Position numbers and translations under genes: made by a program | DNA from: Octopus bimaculoides | Lineage: Eukaryota | Length of the DNA: 64,000 nt | Assembly: GCF_001194135.2 (NCBI RefSeq) | Contig: NC_068984.1 | Coordinates: 100,011,948 to 100,075,947 of the forward strand | Direction: 5' to 3' | Shown: piece after piece, positions 27,165 to 39,842 of the stretch | Layout of the letters: every line of letters starts with the position of its first letter | How positions within the stretch are numbered: the stretch's first letter is position 1 | Notes under the pieces: generated by a model | Told to the model about the DNA's origin: nothing | Databases searched by the model: none | What the model saw: the letters and a program-made list of their open reading frames with translations, nothing else

Positions 27165-29308
27165 AATGAGATGCTTAAAACATCTGGTGGTGTGGGTTGT
27201 AGCCTAGTCACCCATATTATAAACCAGATAGTTCACAAAGGAATCATACTCAATGACTAGCATGGCAGTACCATAGTCAGCTGCTACAAAGGTAAAGGTG
27301 ATGCTTTAGATAGAAATAACTACAGGGGTATCAAACTGCTGGATCAGGTGATGAAGGTCATGTAGAGGGTCATAGCCCAACTAATTAGGGAGAGGGTCAG
27401 TTTAGATGAGATGCAGTTTGGCTTTGTGCCAGGTAGATGCACCACTGATGCTATAATCCTGGTACAGCAACTGCAGGAGAAATACCTAGCCAAAGATAAA
27501 CTCCTATACCTGGCTTTTGTTGACTTGGAGAAAGCCATTGACAGGGTCCTTCAATCCCTTACCTGGTGGGCAATGCGGAAACTGGGGTTGACGAGTGGTT
27601 AATAAGAGCTGTACAGGGATGCCATTAGGAAGGTAAGGGTTGGCAATGAGTATAATTAAGAACTTTGGGTAGAAGTAGAGGTACACCAAGGATCAGCCCT
27701 CAGCCCCCTCTTATTTATCATAGTCCTCCAGGCAATAACAGAGGAATTCAAGACAGGTTGCCCCTGGGAGCTCCTCTATGCTGATGACCTTGCTCTCATA
27801 GCAGAATCACTACCAGAACTAGAGAAGAAATTTCAGGTGTGGAAGCGAGGTTTAGAATCGAAGGGCCTAGAGTCAATGTTGCAAAAACTAAAGTCCTAGT
27901 AAGTAGGAAGGCAAACACATCACAAACCCCTTCAGGTAGATGGCCCTGCTTGATCTGTAGAAAAGGTGTAGGTAGAAACTCCATAAAATGTACCCAGTGT
28001 AAGCTATGGATGCATAAGGGGTGCAGCAGCATCAAAGGAAGGCTAACTAGGAAGATAGCTTTTGCATGTGGCAGATGCACAAGAGCAGTAAACACTGCAG
28101 ATGTTCAGAAAACTGATTCTATCACATGCCAGGGGGAGAAACTAGAAGTAGTTGAAAGCTTACGCTACCTAGTTGACCAAGTCTGCAGTGGGGGGTGGAT
28201 GCTCGGAGTGCATTGCCACTAGAATAAGAATAGCCTGGGCAAAGTCCAGAAAGTTCCTACCCCTACTGGTGACAAAGGGCCTCTCGCTCAGAGTGAAAGA
28301 TAGAGTGTATGATACATGTGTGCAAACTGCCATGCTACACAGCAGCGGAACATGGGCTGTGAATGCTGAAGACAATCATAAGCTCGAAAGAAATGAAACT
28401 GGTATGATCCACTGGATGTGTAATGTCAGTGTGCACACATGACAGGATGTAAGCACCCTTAGAGAAATGTTGGACATGAGAAGAATCAGATGTGGTGTGC
28501 AAGAGAGATGACTGTATTGGCATGGTTATATGCTGCATATGAGTGAGGAGAGCTGTGTGAAGAAGTGCCACTCCCTAACAGTGGAAGGAATCCGTGGAAG
28601 AGGGAGACCCAGGAAGACATGGGATGAGGTGGTGAAGCATGATCTTCGAATGTTGGGCCCCACAAAGGCAATGACAAAAGACCGAGACTTCTGGAGATAT
28701 GCTGTGATTGAGAAGACCCGGCAAGTAAAGTGAGATCACACCTGTAGCCTACACCAGTGTCAAAAACAAGCCCACTTAAAAAGTACCTTTGGATTATCAG
28801 GCGACATTCTGTGCTTGAGGAGACCTATTGAGTCAAGTAAATCAAAATCAAAATCAAATCAAATCACAATCAAATGGAAATTGTAGTTGTGGCTGATACC
28901 AGTGCCACCTGACTGGCTCCCGTGCTGGTGGAACACAATAAGCACCATTCATGCATGGGTCATTGCCAGTGCTACCTGTCTGGCTCTCTGTGCTGGTGAC
29001 ATGTAAAAAGCACCATCCAAACATGGTCAATGCCAGCCCCCACCCCAACTGGCTCCTGTACCGGTGGCACATAGAAATCACCATCAGAACGTGGCTGATG
29101 CCAATGCCACCTGACTGACTCCCATGCTGGTGGCATGTAAAAAGCACCCACTACACTCTCGGAGTGGTTGGCATTAGCAAGGGCATCCAGCTGTAGAAAC
29201 ATTGCCAGATCAGATTGGAGCCTGGTGCGGCCTCCTGGCTTGCCAGTCCCCAGTCAAACCCTCCAACCCATGCCAGCATGGAAAGTGGACGTTAAACGAT
29301 GATGATGA
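27165..29308 (+). mobile_element. RTE-clade LINE, 5'-truncated, frameshifted ORF2 (RT with YADD, PHD finger, C-terminus), 3' UTR and (GAT)n tail
   Basis: EMLKTSGG, NYRGIKLL, QFGFVPGRCTTDAI, FVDLEKA, HQGSALSPLLF, YADD (27777-27788), RGRGRPRKTW; ORF2 stop at 28733. Confidence 0.95.
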
Positions 29309-29905
29309 ATACTTGCCTTATCCTTCATATGTCTTTGTTTATACTTTTAGAGCATCTACATATGAATGGTCTCTTGTAGGAAAATAAAAGAAAGTATTAG
29401 AAAAAAATGTCTTGCGGTATTTGTTCCAACTCTCTGCAATCTAAGGTCAAATCTAAAGTCATATTTGTCTTTCATTCTTATTCAATAAAATAGAGTATCA
29501 ATCAAGTAAAGGATAGAGATCCTTCCCAAGTCATATAGACTCACTGAATTGGTTTCCAGGTTTCCATGGTACATATGTTCTCTTCTGGATGGGACAACTA
29601 TCTTTCACTGGATTACCAACTTTCTTTTATTTTGGGTGGACTGGAGCAACAAGAAACGAAGTGTTCTACTCAAGAACACAACTCATCAGCCAGTCGAGGA
29701 ATTGAAACCACAATCTTACAATTATGAGTCTAACACCCTAACCACTAAGTCATATGCCTCCACATCAGTGAAGTACTGAGGTTGATATAACTGACTGCTG
29801 TTCCTCACTTCAAAATAGTTGGCCATGCATCTAAATTAGAAATAAAGAATCATTAACGATGATGATGATGATGATGATTATTATTATTATTATTACTAAT
29901 ATAAA

Positions 29906-30120
29906 GGCGGTGCGCTGGCAGAATCATTAGTGTGCTGAACGAAATGCTTAGCGGTATTTTACCTGTTGCTATGCTCTGAGTTCAAATTCCAATGAAGTCG
30001 ACTTTGCCTTTCATCATTTCTGGGTTGATAAATTAAGTACCAGTGAAACACTGGGGGTCGATATACTTGACTCATGTCATCCCCTAGAATGGCTGCACTT
30101 GTAGCAAGTTTTGAAACCAT
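29906..30120 (+). mobile_element. SINE family A, sense copy between (ATT)n runs
   Basis: AAGGCGGTGCGCTGGCAGAATC...GAGTTCAAATTCC...(ATT)n tail. Confidence 0.85.
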
Positions 30121-30150
30121 TATTATTATTATCATTATTATTATTATTAT

Positions 30151-30504
30151 TGTTCAGTAGTTTTATTTTTATAACGTGCTTTCACTTCACTACCGAGCGC
30201 AGCTCTGTACGCCTTGGGTATGTGCTGTTGTTTGCTGTGGTGCTCTTATGTTTACTGTATTGAAAGTGTTTTGCGTAGAATGTGTGCAGTACCCAGTAGT
30301 GCAATTTTCTGTATGTTATATATATTTGTAAGTCCTGGTGTTTTTGTTATGCATTTGTCTGAATATTTTTTTATTATACCTAAGGCACCTACTATGATAG
30401 GAATTGTTTCTGATTTTAGATTCCACATTCGAGTTATCTCTATTTCCAGGTCTTTGTATTTTGAAAGTTTTTCCATTTCTTTTAGAGAAACGTTGTCATC
30501 TGCT
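30151..30504 (-). mobile_element. R4/Dong-like non-LTR retrotransposon 3' end (RLE C-terminus and 3' UTR) running into an N gap
   Basis: ADDNVSLKEMEKLSKYKDLEIEITRMWNLKSETIPIIVGALG...QKIALLGTAHILRKTLSIQ*; followed on its sense strand by (AAT)n. Confidence 0.85.
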
Positions 30505-31069
30505 NNNNNNNNNNNNNNNNNNNNNNNNNNNNNNNNNNNNNNNNNNNNNNNNNNNNNNNNNNNNNNNNNNNNNNNNNNNNNNNNNNNNNNNNNNNNNNNN
30601 NNNNNNNNNNNNNNNNNNNNNNNNNNNNNNNNNNNNNNNNNNNNNNNNNNNNNNNNNNNNNNNNNNNNNNNNNNNNNNNNNNNNNNNNNNNNNNNNNNNN
30701 NNNNNNNNNNNNNNNNNNNNNNNNNNNNNNNNNNNNNNNNNNNNNNNNNNNNNNNNNNNNNNNNNNNNNNNNNNNNNNNNNNNNNNNNNNNNNNNNNNNN
30801 NNNNNNNNNNNNNNNNNNNNNNNNNNNNNNNNNNNNNNNNNNNNNNNNNNNNNNNNNNNNNNNNNNNNNNNNNNNNNNNNNNNNNNNNNNNNNNNNNNNN
30901 NNNNNNNNNNNNNNNNNNNNNNNNNNNNNNNNNNNNNNNNNNNNNNNNNNNNNNNNNNNNNNNNNNNNNNNNNNNNNNNNNNNNNNNNNNNNNNNNNNNN
31001 NNNNNNNNNNNNNNNNNNNNNNNNNNNNCATCATCATCATCCTCATCCTCATCCTCCTCCTCCTCCTCC

Positions 31070-31100
<31 letters not shown>

Positions 31101-31120
31101 CATCCTCATCCTCCTCACCC

Positions 31121-31204
<84 letters not shown>

Positions 31205-31205
<1 letters not shown>

Positions 31206-31390
31206 GAAGGCGGTAAGCTGGCAGAATCATTAGCACACTGGATGTAATGCTTAGCGGTATTTTGCCCGTTGCTACGTTCTGAGTTCAAATTCCGCCAAGG
31301 TCGAGTACGGGGGTCAATGTAATCGACTAACCTCTCCCCCATAATTTCAGGCTTTGTAGAAAGGATTATTATTATTATTATTATTATTAT
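31205..31390 (+). mobile_element. SINE family A, sense, internally deleted
   Basis: Head and B box intact, central segment missing relative to the other copies, (ATT)n on both sides. Confidence 0.8.
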
Positions 31391-32307
31391 TATAGTTGTT
31401 ATTTATAACTGCTTTGTTCAAACACTATTTAACATTTGATTGTCAATAAAATTATGTTCTAAACTTAATGCTAAATTGTTAACTCAATAAGAAATCTAGT
31501 ATAGTGGAAAAGGATAAAATGACACTACATTTATCTATCTGAGTGATTTGGATGTACGTTTGTGTGTATGTATGTACACATGTATGTAAGTGTACTTGTA
31601 AGTATGTATGTAAATATACAGACAAATATGTATGTTTACACCCACACACATACACACGCACACACAACAAATGTATATATCTTGTTTTCTATTTCATTTT
31701 TTTTTCTCTAATTATTGATTAACTATTAAGGATTTTGACATGCATTCATAATTGCTTCAGTTGGTTTTTTTGATCTCTTCATATCTTGCAATCATTTATT
31801 ACAAAATTACAAAGAATTTCTCCTTTCCATTCTATTATTTTTATTCATTTATTTATTGTTTTTATTTCCAATATAATATTAATATATTAAAACTGTTCAA
31901 AGAATACATACATACATACATATATACACACATACACAACTACATACAAACACTCATAAATATATCAATGTGCATGCATAAGCTGAGCATGTCTATTGAA
32001 TCATTTACTTCACAAGTATTTCTTGAACTTCTAAAATAACTCCATAATCTTGTTATCGTTTATGCAAGTTATTTTAATTCTTTTTCACTTTTTATTATCT
32101 TCTTTCCTGTATTGTGATTTTGCTTGAACATCAATATATACCTAATATATGTTAGAGCTACATAGCCATACTGTATATTAGAGCAGCGCACGCACGCTCG
32201 CACACATATACACACACACACATTGCAGCTACACTGCTAAAACATATAATAGTTATACAACCACACACATAGACATACATATAAATACACACACACACAC
32301 ATATACT

Positions 32308-32348
<41 letters not shown>

Positions 32349-32942
32349 NNNNNNNNNNNNNNNNNNNNNNNNNNNNNNNNNNNNNNNNNNNNNNNNNNNN
32401 NNNNNNNNNNNNNNNNNNNNNNNNNNNNNNNNNNNNNNNNNNNNNNNNNNNNNNNNNNNNNNNNNNNNNNNNNNNNNNNNNNNNNNNNNNNNNNNNNNNN
32501 NNNNNNNNNNNNNNNNNNNNNNNNNNNNNNNNNNNNNNNNNNNNNNNNNNNNNNNNNNNNNNNNNNNNNNNNNNNNNNNNNNNNNNNNNNNNNNNNNNNN
32601 NNNNNNNNNNNNNNNNNNNNNNNNNNNNNNNNNNNNNNNNNNNNNNNNNNNNNNNNNNNNNNNNNNNNNNNNNNNNNNNNNNNNNNNNNNNNNNNNNNNN
32701 NNNNNNNNNNNNNNNNNNNNNNNNNNNNNNNNNNNNNNNNNNNNNNNNNNNNNNNNNNNNNNNNNNNNNNNNNNNNNNNNNNNNNNNNNNNNNNNNNNNN
32801 NNNNNNNNNNNNNNNNNNNNNNNNNNNNNNNNNNNNNNNNNNNNNNNNNNNNNNNNNNNNNNNNNNNNNNNNNNNNNNNCGAACAACTCTGATCATGGAT
32901 AAATCGTACTTTATCTCCTGTCTTTCTCATATTCATTTAATA

Positions 32943-33063
32943 CTGTAGTAACTCAGTTTACAAACGCCTCTGATCACGAATAAATCGTGCTTTATATATA
33001 TCTATGTATCTATATAAAGCACGATTTATTCGTGATCAGAGTTGTTCAAAGACTGAGGTACTA

Positions 33064-33066
<3 letters not shown>
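32943..33066. mobile_element. 124-bp MITE (Tc1/pogo-like, TA target site)
   Basis: TA|C(T/A)GTAGTA... termini; perfect 31-bp inner inverted repeat (32968-32998 / 33011-33041); TA on both flanks. Confidence 0.75.
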
Positions 33067-33100
<34 letters not shown>

Positions 33101-33139
33101 AGAGAGAGAGAGAAAGAGAGAGATATGTATATATACTCA

Positions 33140-33174
<35 letters not shown>

Positions 33175-34039
33175 GCACTAATAATACATTGTCAGTTAAA
33201 TCTATATCTCTGGGCATTTATCCATGCCAGAAATCATTGAAATTGGCAGAATCAGTAGAGCATCATGCAAAATGCTTTGTGCTATTTACTTATTCTCTTT
33301 TACATTCTGAATTCAAATTCTGCTAAGACAAACATCCCCTTTCATCTTTTCATCTTAACTGGGGTCGATATAAAGTATTAACCTGGAGGTGGATATAATG
33401 ATTGGTTCCCTCCCCACAAATTTATAGCCTTATGCTTACATAAGAAATTATCATTATTTGTTGTTTTTTATCTCTCATTCTTAGGTGTTATGCTGATTCA
33501 ATTTGCTGGATACCAAGTCATATTCCTTATCTTTAAGTATTCAGCACCCTTCTTAGAATTTTTGCTGTCCCTTATAAGGAGGCTTTCTGCATAACAGAGA
33601 AGTTTATGTCACAACCAAGCCATTGCTCAAATTTTTCGAAATTTTTGCTTATGGTACTCAATGTGCCAATGACAATTGGCACTACCTTTATATTCTTAAA
33701 TTCCTATTGCCACCCAATCTTGTATCTCAAATCATTGTACTTATCAAGCCTTTCCTGTTCTTTCTCTTTCGCTCTGGTATCAAAAGGGGCATATTACATC
33801 CCCCATCACACATTTACGTGATGTTCTGTGAAAGGTAATGATGCCAGGCCGAGAGTGTTCCATGACCTTATCTGTTTGTAATTTACAGTCCCACAGCTGC
33901 GTTCTGAGTTCAAATTTCACTAAGGTCGACTTTGCCTTTCATCCTTTCGGGGTCGATAAAATAAGTACCAGTTGAGTACTAGGATTGATGTAATTGACTT
34001 GCTCCGTCCCCAAAAATTTCAGATTTTGTGCCTATAGTA

Positions 34040-34452
34040 CTCTTTTACTCTTTTACTCTTTTACTTGTTTCAGTCTTTTGACTGTGGCCATGCTGGAGCA
34101 CCGCCTTTAGTCGAGCAAATCGACCCCAGGACTTATTCTTTAGAAGCCTAGTACTTATTCTATTGGTTCTCTTTTGCCGAACCGCTAAGTTATGGGGACA
34201 TAAACACACCAGCATTGGTTGTCAAGCGATGTTGGGGGGACAAACACAGACACACAAACACATACATATATATATATACATATATACGACAGGCTTCTTT
34301 CAGTTTCCATCTATCAAATCCACTCACAAGGCTTTGGTTGGCCCGAGGCTATAGTAGAAGACACTTGCCCAAGATGCCATGCAATGGGACTGAACCCGGG
34401 ACCATGTGGTTGGTAAGCAAGCTACTTACCACACAGCCACTCCTACGCCTAT
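34040..34452 (-). mobile_element. Young full-length tRNA-derived SINE family D (CORE-like), with internal (TA/TG)n and (AAAGAGT)n-type tail
   Basis: tRNA-like head, CCTTGGGCAAGT-type CORE-like segment and tandem tail. More than 10 older copies occur in the window. Confidence 0.85.
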
Positions 34453-34489
34453 AGTAGAAAAGATTATTATTATTATTATCATTATTATT

Positions 34490-34919
34490 ATCAAGGTGGC
34501 AAGCTGGCAGCATCATTAGCACACCAGGCAAAATGCTTAGCAGTATTTCATTTGCCATTATGTTCCAAGTTCAAATTCCACCATGGTCAACTTTGCCATT
34601 CATCCTTTCAGGGTTGTACTGGGGTCGATGTAATCAACTTAATCTCTCTCCCAAAATTCAAGGCCTTGTGCCTATACTAGAAAGGATTATTATTATTTCA
34701 TAAGGTGGTGAGCTGACAGAATGATTAACATACCAGACAAAATGCTTAGTGGTATTTCATCTGACTTTACATTCTGGGTTCAAATTCCATCGAGGTCAAC
34801 TTTACCTTACATCCTTTTGGAATCCATAAAATAAAGTAACAGATGAGCACTGGGGTTGATGCAACTGACTAACCCATCACCCAAAATTTCAGGATTTGTG
34901 CCTATAGTAGGAAGGATTA

Positions 34920-34920
<1 letters not shown>
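34490..34920 (+). mobile_element. Two tandem SINE family A copies separated by (ATT)n
   Basis: Head-to-tail copies, each beginning AAGGTGG(C/T)(A/G)AGCTG and ending GAAAGGATT(ATT)n-like. Confidence 0.85.
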
Positions 34921-34971
<51 letters not shown>

Positions 34972-36459
34972 GAAGACACTTAGCCTCATAGTTCAGGTAT
35001 TGACCTCGCAATGATAAGGTCATGACTTTGTTTCCTGATTTGGGTACATTCTATCCTTGAGCAAAGCACTTCATTTCACATCACTCCAGTCTATTCAGCT
35101 GAAATTAGGCACCAGCCAAATGCTGAAACAGTTCTCTCTTCCTCCAGTTGTCACATCCTTGATGTTCTGTTGGCTGAAAAGTGGGAGTGCCAAGAGTGTT
35201 TCTATGTATGCTTACAACTGCATATGCACCAAAAACAATTATCAAATGCATGTTACTTGCTACCAAGTTATAACCATTTGCAAGTGATAGCTATCCTATT
35301 AGTGATAATGTTGTTGTTATTATTATCATTATTTACTGTTACATTGCTGGTTTCAATCTCACTTCCTTTCACAATTTTGGTAATAATATCAGCGAATTCC
35401 CTCTTCTTGTTTCTTTTCGACTACATTAAGAATCAATCCATCGGTAAATTAAGATTTTAGGCAGTGAAGTGGAGAGAAAAGGAGGAATATGTTGATATTG
35501 TAAGAGGCTTCAATTGTCAAACCATTTCAACCAATGGAAGCTAGCTTATAACTAGAAAATTCTATTAAAAAATTCTGAACATTTTGTTTGAAAAGGATTT
35601 TTGATGCAAATGGCAAGATCTATTACTGAAATGGATCTTGCCATTCTCTATAAAGAAATTGAAGAAGAAGAAGGAATTTACTATTTATAAGCAATGAAGT
35701 GCAAGCATGCATTGCTAATCATTTCACTTGTTCCATATTCCTAGAGGGCCATTTCCTTTTACTTCAGTAAACAATAGTTGATGAAATCATTGATAATAGT
35801 AGAGCTCTTTGCACAGATCTTTTTCCTCCTTCAGATAAACGATCTCTATTTTACAAAAATCACTGACATCAACTTCTCTTGAAAGATTGTTTGTATTGCT
35901 GCTGTAATATTTAAGCTAAAAAATGGTACAATTCAAACTTGACTGACCTTCTGGCTGTTTCTTATCCTGATTTTCAAAATTAGATTTTAAAAATCAAAAC
36001 AAGAGGGTAAAAAATCACAAACCATATCTTTAGGTCATAACAGTACATCTTATGATTTGTTCAAGAATTTTTATTTTTTATTTTTTGTACTGAAGTATCA
36101 TTAAGGTATTTGTTTGTTTTTTTTTTTCTGGGTTTTTTTTGTATAATGTAGAGTGAGGGGAGGTGGGGATGTTACGTAAGAAAGAAACTTAAACAAGAAA
36201 AGCAGAAGAAAACAATTTCAAAACAAATTATGGAGTTAGTTAATTATGGTGATGCAATTCGTTGGCTAATTATGGTGATGCAATTTGTTAGTTAATTATG
36301 GAAATATAATTTGACAAAATGTTTATTTTAAAGAGGGTTAGACTTGTTGATTAAAACAGTTGCTGTATTCCAATAGACTGTCTAATGATTATGGTTCTGT
36401 GTTTAGCCATAAACTTATTATGATTACCATTATTATCATTATCCTTATTATCGTTATCA

Positions 36460-36680
36460 TTAAGTCAATGAGCTGGCAGAATGGTTAGCATGCCAGGTGG
36501 AATGCTTAGTGGTATTTCATCTGTATTCATGTTCTGAGTTCAAATTCCACCAAGTTTGACTTTGCCTTTTATCCTTTCAAGGTCAATAAATTAAGTACCA
36601 GTGAAACACTGGGGTTGATGTAATCGACTTGACCCCTCCCCAAAAATTTCAAGCTTTGTGCCTATAATAGAAAGGATTAT
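36460..36680 (+). mobile_element. SINE family A, sense copy
   Basis: GAGCTGGCAGAATGGTTAGCATGCC...GAGTTCAAATTCC...GTGCCTATAATAGAAAGGATT. Confidence 0.8.
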
Positions 36681-36693
36681 TTTAGAAATAATA

Positions 36694-36742
<49 letters not shown>

Positions 36743-37496
36743 CTGTGGTATTATTTAAAGTTCTCTATATTCTCTATATTCTATGTTCAAATCCTTCTGA
36801 GATCAACTTCACCATTCAGCTATCTCGGGTCAATAACATAAAATTCCAGTCAACTGCTGAAATTGATGTAATTAACTAATTCCTTCAAGCCGCAAATTGC
36901 TGGCTTTGTGCCTAAATTAGACACATTTATTTGAGCAGCAAACGCAGCAGTTGGGCATAATGTCTTAGTTACTTCTTTGTTACAACCCTTTTGTTCTGAA
37001 TTCAAATCTTACCAAGTATGACCTTGAGGTACATCATTCTAGGATCAGTAAAATAAAGTATTGGACAAATTTGGGGATTGATGTTATTTTATTGAATTCA
37101 CCAAATAAGGTGATTTTTAAATTATTTTATTTTCACCTTTTTATATAAAGTTGTTTACAAAGTTGAACAGGCATTTCACAGTTCTAATACTCTCCATATT
37201 GTAGATATTTCAAATTATATCCAGTTTAACCAGTTTGTGGGCAGCTTCTAATAGCACAAAACTGTATTTGCTTTTGTCAGTAAATTCCTCTACTAGAAAT
37301 ATCCAACCATAAAATCATGATGACTTAATGACCAGCTCCTATTTTTAGAGTAATAAATACATTTATACATTAGTTATTTTGAATATCAATATGTTGATTA
37401 AGATAATATTTTTCATCGTTATCATTGAATCCTATAAGTCTTTTACGCATGAAATATTTCTTGCTGTAAAAGATTTAGTCAGCACTATTACACACA

Positions 37497-37538
<42 letters not shown>

Positions 37539-39677
37539 GCTGTATGCTTAAGAAGTTTCTTTTGCGACCATGTTGTTTTGGGCTTTGATCTCACTCAGTG
37601 GTACCTTGGGCAAATATTTTCTGTAGTCTTACATAGACCAATGCCCTGCAAATGAAATTTAGTAGATGAAAACTATACAGAATCTCTCTGTATGTATGTT
37701 TGCATGTACATATGTGTGTGTGCGTGTAATAATAATAATAATAATAATAGTAATAATGATAATAATAATTGATGATGGAAATGGAAGATAGATTTCCAGA
37801 GGAAAATATCTCAACATTGGATAACACCAGGTAGCCCAAACTGTGAATGTACTTTACTCAAAACACTAAGTGACATATACCCATTAGTCCCCTAAAATTA
37901 CATATCACACTCAGTAATGGCACTCCACTCTTGCACCATTTCCACTCTACTGGTCATTCATTACAACATCTGTCAGTGTTCAGACTGTCTCTGCACAGAG
38001 GCCACCTAGATTCTCACCTTTGCAATGAACAGGAATTAATCTTCTCCTTTTGTTCCTTCCATCTTATGGGCTCAACTCACTACCTCTTTTCCACTGACAC
38101 TCCGCCACATAGATACCCACACACCTCCTACATTCAACTGCCCTTCCCCTCCACCTACACACCTGCATACTCCCCTCCACCTACACACCTGCATACCACC
38201 TACCTCAGTATCCTCACCACATACATACCACTATACAAACACCCATCAACACTGTTCAATTCATTCCTCATTTCACACACCATTACACACACACCCAAGA
38301 ACACCTTCCCACTCCACATGCACTAGCACCCAACACACTATTATCCACAAACCATTATTCACACACCCACACAGACTCTTCAATGGCGTCACCACACATA
38401 CCACTATACGAGCACCCCTACACACTGTTCAACTCAGTACAGTGTACTGAGTATACACTCCACACACCACCATGCACACTCCCACACTCACACAAGCACA
38501 TAATGCCTGAACACAGACAATATATACACACATACACACATGCAACACACATAAACACACGCAACACGCATAGACACAGATAACTTTTGCACACAAAAAT
38601 ACACTGTACACATGTGCACTATATAGTCACAGTCACACACACACACATACACGTGCACACACCACCTGAACAAGCACATATCAACTGCTAAACACAAGTG
38701 TTTGCATATGCATGCATGCACAGGCACACACACACACACGCACACACATTAGCCTCATACATATACAAACGTCCATACACATACTCACACATATACACAA
38801 GTCTACATGCATACACATACACACACACACACACAAATACACAAAATGCACATCACTCCACACAACACATGCACTAAGTTACTTGTAGATATAAACACAC
38901 AACCAGACCAATGCGTTTGCACACACACATGATAACTACATGCATACATACACTCATCCATATGCACACATACACACACACAGGTCTACATATTTTTCAG
39001 CTCGCACGCACATACATACTCACACACTCATCCCATTCATACATACATACTTACACACACCATTCTAACATATACACGTGCACATGAGACCAGGTCACCA
39101 TCATTATCTTCCTTTCATTCAGCCTTCTGATTATTTCGTCATGTTGAAAAAATTTTCCTTTCTCCATTTTTTACATTCTCTCTCCTTTTTTTCCCTCTTA
39201 ATCCTTTCTGTCAGAAAGCATAGGCTTGAAACGTAAAAGACCTTTCCATTCTTCCTGAGCGTTAAACTAATACATTTGCTTGTTGTTCCTACACCCGGCT
39301 TTATCTTTTGTTTTCTGTAAATTTGGACAACATATATNNNNNNNNNNNNNNNNNNNNNNNNNNNNNNNNNNNNNNNNNNNNNNNNNNNNNNNNNNNNNNN
39401 NNNNNNNNNNNNNNNNNNNNNNNNNNNNNNNNNNNNNNNNNNNNNNNNNNNNNNNNNNNNNNNNNNNNNNNNNNNNNNNNNNNNNNNNNNNNNNNNNNNN
39501 NNNNNNNNNNNNNNNNNNNNNNNNNNNNNNNNNNNNNNNNNNNNNNNNNNNNNNNNNNNNNNNNNNNNNNNNNNNNNNNNNNNNNNNNNNNNNNNNNNNN
39601 NNNNNNNNNNNNNNNNNNNNNNNNNNNNNNNNNNNNNNNNNNNNNNNNNNNNNNNNNNNNNNNNNNNNNNNNATATA

Positions 39678-39709
<32 letters not shown>

Positions 39710-39811
39710 AATGATAATAATTGGTGAAGGAACACAAGATAGATTTTCAGAGGAAATATATCTTAACTGTGGATGACACCAGGTAGCCCAAACTGGGAAT
39801 GTGCTTTACTC

Positions 39812-39842
<31 letters not shown>

